From an uncultured bacterium (GTDB lineage Bacteria > Planctomycetota > UBA1135 > GCA-002686595): DNA of 64,000 nucleotides. The stretch is from contig CALSNU010000006.1 of NCBI GenBank assembly GCA_943787795.1, positions 320,001 through 384,000 on the forward strand. The letters run 5' to 3'. Positions 59,612 to 64,000 of this stretch are shown here, piece by piece (position 1 is the stretch's first letter; each line of letters begins with the position of its first letter). The position numbers were made by a program, and so were the translations under genes. Under the pieces are notes generated by a model, which made no database searches, was not told the DNA's origin, and saw nothing but the letters and a program-made list of their open reading frames with translations.

Positions 59612-60489
59612 GCGCGCCCCTGGACCCAGGCTCGGAGCGGCGACGGCTCACGGCAGGGGACCACCGCCGGGATGGCGCGCAGCGGAGCATGGTCTACCCG
59701 GTCATGTCGCGGCGCGCCGGAGGGCTCAGCGTCGGGGTGAACCTGAACCTCGGCCAGGAGTGCAACTGGGCCTGCGCCTACTGCGAGGTCGAGGGGCTCG
59801 TCCGCGGCACCCCGTCCGCCATTGACCTGCAGCAACTCGAACGCGAACTGGACGAGGTCCTGAGCGAGGCCGCCTCCGGCCGCTGGACCGTCGAGGCCGA
59901 TGGCGAGCGCGGCGGCGCTGCCATCAAGGACATCTCCATCGCCGGCGACGGAGAACCAACGCTCGCTCCACAGTTCGCAGAAGCGGTGGAGATCTGCGCG
60001 CGGCTGCGGGAGCGCCACGGGCTCGGAGATTCCGCAAAGCTGGTGACCATCACCAACGGGAGCCGCCTCCACGTCCCCGCGGTCGAGGCAGGTGTCCGCG
60101 GCCTCGGCGGCGCCGGAGGCGAGCTCTGGTTCAAGCTCGACGGCGGAGATCCGGCGGCCCGGGAGAGGGTCAACGCCGTCGCCAGCCCCGACAACCGGGT
60201 GGAGGCCAACCTTGTCCTCGCCGCGTCCGCCTGCACCACTTGGGTCCAGTGCATGGCGCTGTCGATGGACGGAGAGGAGCCGAGCGATGACGAGATTGAC
60301 GGCCGCGTTGAGCTCATCGAGAGGGCCTGCGCCGCCGGAGCCCGGCCCGCGGGGGTGGTCATCTACGGGCTCGCCCGGCCATCTCAACAGCCCCAGGCCC
60401 ACCGACTCGAGCCCCTCTCCGGGCCCCGGCTGAGGTCCATCGCCGCCCGCTTCGAGCGCCTGCACCTGCCGCTTCGCGTCTTCGAGTGA
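59608..60489 (+). CDS. radical SAM protein (paralog 2)
   Basis: VYPVMSRRAGG, CNWACAYC, AGDGEPT, WFKLD; GTGA overlap. Confidence 0.88.
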   Translation: MSAPLDPGSERRRLTAGDHRRDGAQRSMVYPVMSRRAGGLSVGVNLNLGQECNWACAYCEVEGLVRGTPSAIDLQQLERELDEVLSEAASGRWTVEADGERGGAAIKDISIAGDGEPTLAPQFAEAVEICARLRERHGLGDSAKLVTITNGSRLHVPAVEAGVRGLGGAGGELWFKLDGGDPAARERVNAVASPDNRVEANLVLAASACTTWVQCMALSMDGEEPSDDEIDGRVELIERACAAGARPAGVVIYGLARPSQQPQAHRLEPLSGPRLRSIAARFERLHLPLRVFE

Positions 60490-60503
60490 TTAGGATGGAC
60501 GGC

Positions 60504-61163
60504 ATGACCTCCTCCTCAGAATCCCAGGCGGCGGCGACCCGGCCAGCCACCCCGCCGGCGACCATCGATGAGCTCCGCCGCGCCGTGCGGCGCGGGGACC
60601 TTGAGGTGGCGAGGACGTTGCTGGAGGTCGACCCCTCCCTGGGCCGGGCCGACTCGGCGGGCGGTGGCTCTCTGCTGCTCGAGGCCATCGAACGCGAGCA
60701 CGATGAGGTCGCCGACCTCTTCCTCGGGACTCGCGCGCGCACGGGGGGCGAGGACCTTGACCTCCACGAGGCCTGTGCGCTGGGCCGGCCGGGCGCCGTC
60801 CGCCGCGCCATCACGGATGACGCGCTCGCGGGTGAGACCGCCGGCCCCGCCGGCTTCCTCCCGCTTCACCGAGCCGCCTTCCGTGGCGACGCAGACAGCG
60901 TCATGCTCCTCCTCGAGACCGGCGCCGACGCGAGCGCGAGGTCGGAGAACGCCGCGCGGCTGACCCCGCTCCACAGCGCCGTGGCCGGCCACGGCCGCGC
61001 GCGACCCCAGAGTGAACACGCCGCGGTCATCCGCGCGCTCCTCGCCGGGGGCGCCGACCCGCTGGCGGAGATGGACGGCGGGTGGACCCCGCTCGCCGCG
61101 GCCACGCAAGCCGGCGCCGCGGAGTTGATCGAAGCGCTCGGCGGCGCGCCCGCGGGCGCGTGA
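60504..61163 (+). CDS. ankyrin repeat protein
   Basis: LPLHRAAFRGD, LLLETGAD, TPLHSAV, TPLAAA. Confidence 0.85.
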   Translation: MTSSSESQAAATRPATPPATIDELRRAVRRGDLEVARTLLEVDPSLGRADSAGGGSLLLEAIEREHDEVADLFLGTRARTGGEDLDLHEACALGRPGAVRRAITDDALAGETAGPAGFLPLHRAAFRGDADSVMLLLETGADASARSENAARLTPLHSAVAGHGRARPQSEHAAVIRALLAGGADPLAEMDGGWTPLAAATQAGAAELIEALGGAPAGA

Positions 61164-61167
61164 TGCC

Positions 61168-62112
61168 TTGACCGACGAGCCCCAAGGGCACCCGCTCGAC
61201 GGCGTGTGGGTCACGCTCGCGCCAGGCCATGACCTCTGCCGTGCCCAGGTCGCCGAGGCCGAGCGCGTCGGTGTCAGGGGACTCATCGCCGCCCACGCCG
61301 ACCTTCGTGGAGACGCGCTCACCGGGCGTGGCGCTGAAGATTCAGGCGCGACCTCGGGGACCGAGCGCGAGGCGGAGCACGCCGCACCCCCGGGCCTGGA
61401 ATCGCTCACGCTCCCCCTGCGCGTGGACCTCGACCCGGTGCAGCTGCGGACCCGCGGACCGGCGCTCCTCACGGACCTCCACGCACTTGGCCCGGACCTG
61501 GTGGGACTCCCCCTGGGCTCCACTGGGCCCACCGAGCTCCACAGCTGCCTGCGCCTCGCCGAGGCCATGGGGATCGAGCTGGTGCTCCTGCTCCATGACC
61601 CCCTCCAGGCTCCGCTGGCCATCGCCCTCGCGCATCAGTCCGAGCAGGTCGTGGGCTTCAGCGTCTCCCGCCACGACGAGGACGCCTTCGAGCTCCTCGC
61701 CGGGCGAGAGGATCTCGGGATCCTCACGGCAGCCCCTGAGTTCGCGAGCGCCTTTCGGGGTGGCGCGGGGGGCCTCGAGGGCTTCCCCGCGTCTCTCTCT
61801 CCCGGCGCGGCCGTCTGGCTCATGGGGCTCTGCCATGAGGACGTGGAAGCTGCCCTCGTGCTGGAGCGCCGGCTGCTGCGGTTCATGGAGGGGCATCTGC
61901 GCCCCGCCCTCCGGCGGCTGGAGGCCAGCGACGCCGCGGGGCCACCGGGGGTACTGGAACGAACGCTGCACGCCGCGGTCGGCGGGTGGGCTCCGTCCGG
62001 TCTCGGCGGAGGGACCCATCATCCGGCCCAATTGGGAGGCGGCGTGGATCCGCTGCCACTGCGGAGCCGGCTCCTCCACGAGATCCCGGAGCTGGAGCGG
62101 TTCATCAACTGA
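61168..62112 (+). CDS. hypothetical protein, possibly degenerate DHDPS/NanA-like TIM barrel
   Basis: LDGVWVTL, LVLLLHDP, VVGFSV, FRGGAGG spaced like DapA family; weak. Confidence 0.4.
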   Translation: MTDEPQGHPLDGVWVTLAPGHDLCRAQVAEAERVGVRGLIAAHADLRGDALTGRGAEDSGATSGTEREAEHAAPPGLESLTLPLRVDLDPVQLRTRGPALLTDLHALGPDLVGLPLGSTGPTELHSCLRLAEAMGIELVLLLHDPLQAPLAIALAHQSEQVVGFSVSRHDEDAFELLAGREDLGILTAAPEFASAFRGGAGGLEGFPASLSPGAAVWLMGLCHEDVEAALVLERRLLRFMEGHLRPALRRLEASDAAGPPGVLERTLHAAVGGWAPSGLGGGTHHPAQLGGGVDPLPLRSRLLHEIPELERFIN

Positions 62113-62230
62113 TGGGCTGAATCTCGCACCAGGCCCCGTCCTATGAAGGGCTGATGCGGCCCAGGACCCGGGCGGGAGGCTCGACCCACGCCCCCGGCCC
62201 CGTCAGACTCTTGCGGCCTCCCACGATCCC

Positions 62231-63016
62231 ATGCTCGCTCCGCTGCGCCTCACCCTGCTGGTCCTCGCTACGATCCCGCTGATCGTGTGCTGGCTCATGG
62301 CGGTGCCGCTGATGCTCCTGGTGCCCGCGACCGAGAGCGTCCTTCAGCCCATGCTCGTGGGGACCTGGGCACGGGTGACCCTCTGGATCATGGGCGTGCG
62401 CGTCACCGTTGTCGGCGAGCCGCCGTCCGGGGGCTTCTTCCTCGTGGCGAATCACCTCTCCTACATCGACATCCCGGTCCTGCTGGGCCGGCTCAACGGC
62501 CGCTTTCTCGCGAAGTCCGAGATCGCGTCGTGGCCCGTCATGGGCTTTCTCGCCCGGGCCACCGGAACGCTCTTCATCGACCGGAGCCGCAAGCGCGACC
62601 TGACCCGCGCCATCGAGGAGATCACCTCCCTGCTGGAGCGCGGCCCTGGGGTGATCGTCTTCCCCGAGGCCACGAGCACCGACGGTGCTGAGCTGCGCGA
62701 ATTCAAGCCGTCGCTCTTCGAGGTCCCCTCCCGCCTCGGCATCGACGTGCGCTGCGCCGCGCTCCACTACGCCAACCCACCCGGGGAACCGCCGGCCTGG
62801 GAGACGGTGTGCTGGTGGGGTGACGCCGACTTCGCGCCTCACTTCTGGGACTTCTTGAAGCTGCGCCGGACGGACGCCACGGTGACGTTCTCACCAGACG
62901 CCGTGAGCCACCAGGGCGCCGAAGGACCCCTCGGCCGCAAGGCCCTCGCCGAGAGCTCTCGAGCCGCCATCACGTCCATCTTCACGCCCTCCCGCCCCGC
63001 CGCCGAGCGCGCCTGA
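62231..63016 (+). CDS. lysophospholipid acyltransferase (PlsC family)
   Basis: NHLSYID, FLAKSE, FIDR, FPEAT. Confidence 0.9.
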   Translation: MLAPLRLTLLVLATIPLIVCWLMAVPLMLLVPATESVLQPMLVGTWARVTLWIMGVRVTVVGEPPSGGFFLVANHLSYIDIPVLLGRLNGRFLAKSEIASWPVMGFLARATGTLFIDRSRKRDLTRAIEEITSLLERGPGVIVFPEATSTDGAELREFKPSLFEVPSRLGIDVRCAALHYANPPGEPPAWETVCWWGDADFAPHFWDFLKLRRTDATVTFSPDAVSHQGAEGPLGRKALAESSRAAITSIFTPSRPAAERA

Positions 63017-63076
63017 CCCCCGGCCAATGCCCACGACCTGCCCCCTGCTCGACGGAGATCCCTTGGCGCCAGAGCT

Positions 63077-64000
63077 GTGTGCACGCTGACCTGGATGCAC
63101 CGCGCGGACGGGGACCTCGGCGGCATGGCGGACGAGGATCCGCGTCCCCCGTTCCGCGGGGATCCGGTGGCCGGCTACCGGCTCTGGTTCAATCGAGATG
63201 AGCTGCGCTCGCGCGGCCCCGAAGTCCCGCCGCGCGTCGAGCAAACACCTGAGGGAATGCGCTACATCGCGCCTTCCGACTCCGACGCTGGAGGGACCTG
63301 GATCGCCGTCAACGAGCTCGGGATCACGGTCTGCCTGCTCAACGGCTATCGCGCCCCACAGTCCCCAGAGACTGAATCCACAAAGTCTGAATCCACGAGG
63401 TCTGACTCCACAGAGTCTGAGCCGCTGGACACTGCGGCGAAGGACTCTGCGGCGGAGGACTCTGCGGCGGAGGACTCTGCGGCGGAGGACTCTGCGCTAG
63501 AGGACTCTGCGCTAGAGGATTCTGCGGCGGAGAATTCCGAGGCGCAGGGCCGCGCGCGGTGGACGAGCCGCGGGCACCTCGTGCGCGAGCTCGCTGGCGT
63601 ACGCAGCCACGCCGAGGTCTGGCGGCAAATGGCCCCCGGTCAACTCGCTCGCTATCGCCCCCTCGTCCTCGCCGTCCTGGTCCCTGACCGACCTGCGCTG
63701 ATCGTGCGGTGGGACGGTAGGGACGCCGTCCTGGACCCCAGGGGCGAGCTGCAGCTGCCGGTCATCTCCTCCAGCCACGAGCAGTCCGAGGTGGACCGGC
63801 GTCGGCGGCAGCGCTTCCATGACATGGTGCGCACGGACCCCAGTAGCGGTCAGCCGATCCACGCCGCAGAGCTAGAGGCCTTTCAGTCCTGGGCGCCGGA
63901 GGCCGGCGCCGACGCCTACAGCCCCTCCATGTCGCGCCCCGACGCCGGGACCCGCAGCCAGTGCATGGTCGTGGTGAGCCCTGAGGAGGTCCGGCTCCGC
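63077..64000 (+). CDS. NRDE/TANGO2 family protein, truncated at window edge
   Basis: Manual translation from GTG: MCTLTW...FNRDE...DAGGTWIAVN..CLLN...SRGHLV. Confidence 0.85.
   Translation, partial: MCTLTWMHRADGDLGGMADEDPRPPFRGDPVAGYRLWFNRDELRSRGPEVPPRVEQTPEGMRYIAPSDSDAGGTWIAVNELGITVCLLNGYRAPQSPETESTKSESTRSDSTESEPLDTAAKDSAAEDSAAEDSAAEDSALEDSALEDSAAENSEAQGRARWTSRGHLVRELAGVRSHAEVWRQMAPGQLARYRPLVLAVLVPDRPALIVRWDGRDAVLDPRGELQLPVISSSHEQSEVDRRRRQRFHDMVRTDPSSGQPIHAAELEAFQSWAPEAGADAYSPSMSRPDAGTRSQCMVVVSPEEVRLR
63368..63535 (+). repeat. in-frame 15-bp repeats in the NRDE gene
   Basis: TESTK SESTR SDSTE, then gaggactctgcggcg-like units (EDSAA/EDSAL), about 7 copies. Confidence 0.85.

Overview
High-GC bacterial chromosomal segment, probably Planctomycetota (inferred from a TPR + tandem RNA-polymerase alpha-CTD protein and an endonuclease-III-like protein of the type I associate with that phylum). 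It is mostly housekeeping and metabolic genes: pqiAB, an amino-sugar operon (cutC-nagB-ROK-like-SSS), gltA, pepA, ETF-QO, moaD-moaE fusion, ssb, prmC/prfA/rpmE, maf, rpsP, ffh, murA, ruvA, ribD, mdh, SGNH+MBOAT pair, miaB, an ABC exporter, queD/folB-folK, eboA-eboB, pruA, two tandem radical SAM genes, plsC and an NRDE protein. I saw no tRNA, rRNA, CRISPR array or mobile element. Most notable: (i) prmC is in frame with the upstream membrane-protein gene across a single UGA-C stop and a 61-codon linker with no ATG/GTG/TTG, suggesting readthrough-based autoregulation of release-factor methylation; (ii) an apparently inactive EndoIII-like domain fused to a histone-H1-like Lys/Ala/Pro tail; (iii) repeated TANNNT -10 boxes 5-9 nt before start codons (leaderless genes), including one overlapping bidirectional pair; (iv) many short tandem-repeat expansions, frame-preserving inside genes and 8/13/15-16 bp between genes; (v) a cluster of single-base indels at 42.8-46.3 kb that probably reflects sequencing error and may explain an apparent QueD-ABC ATPase fusion. 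All gene calls come from motif recognition by eye, not database searches.
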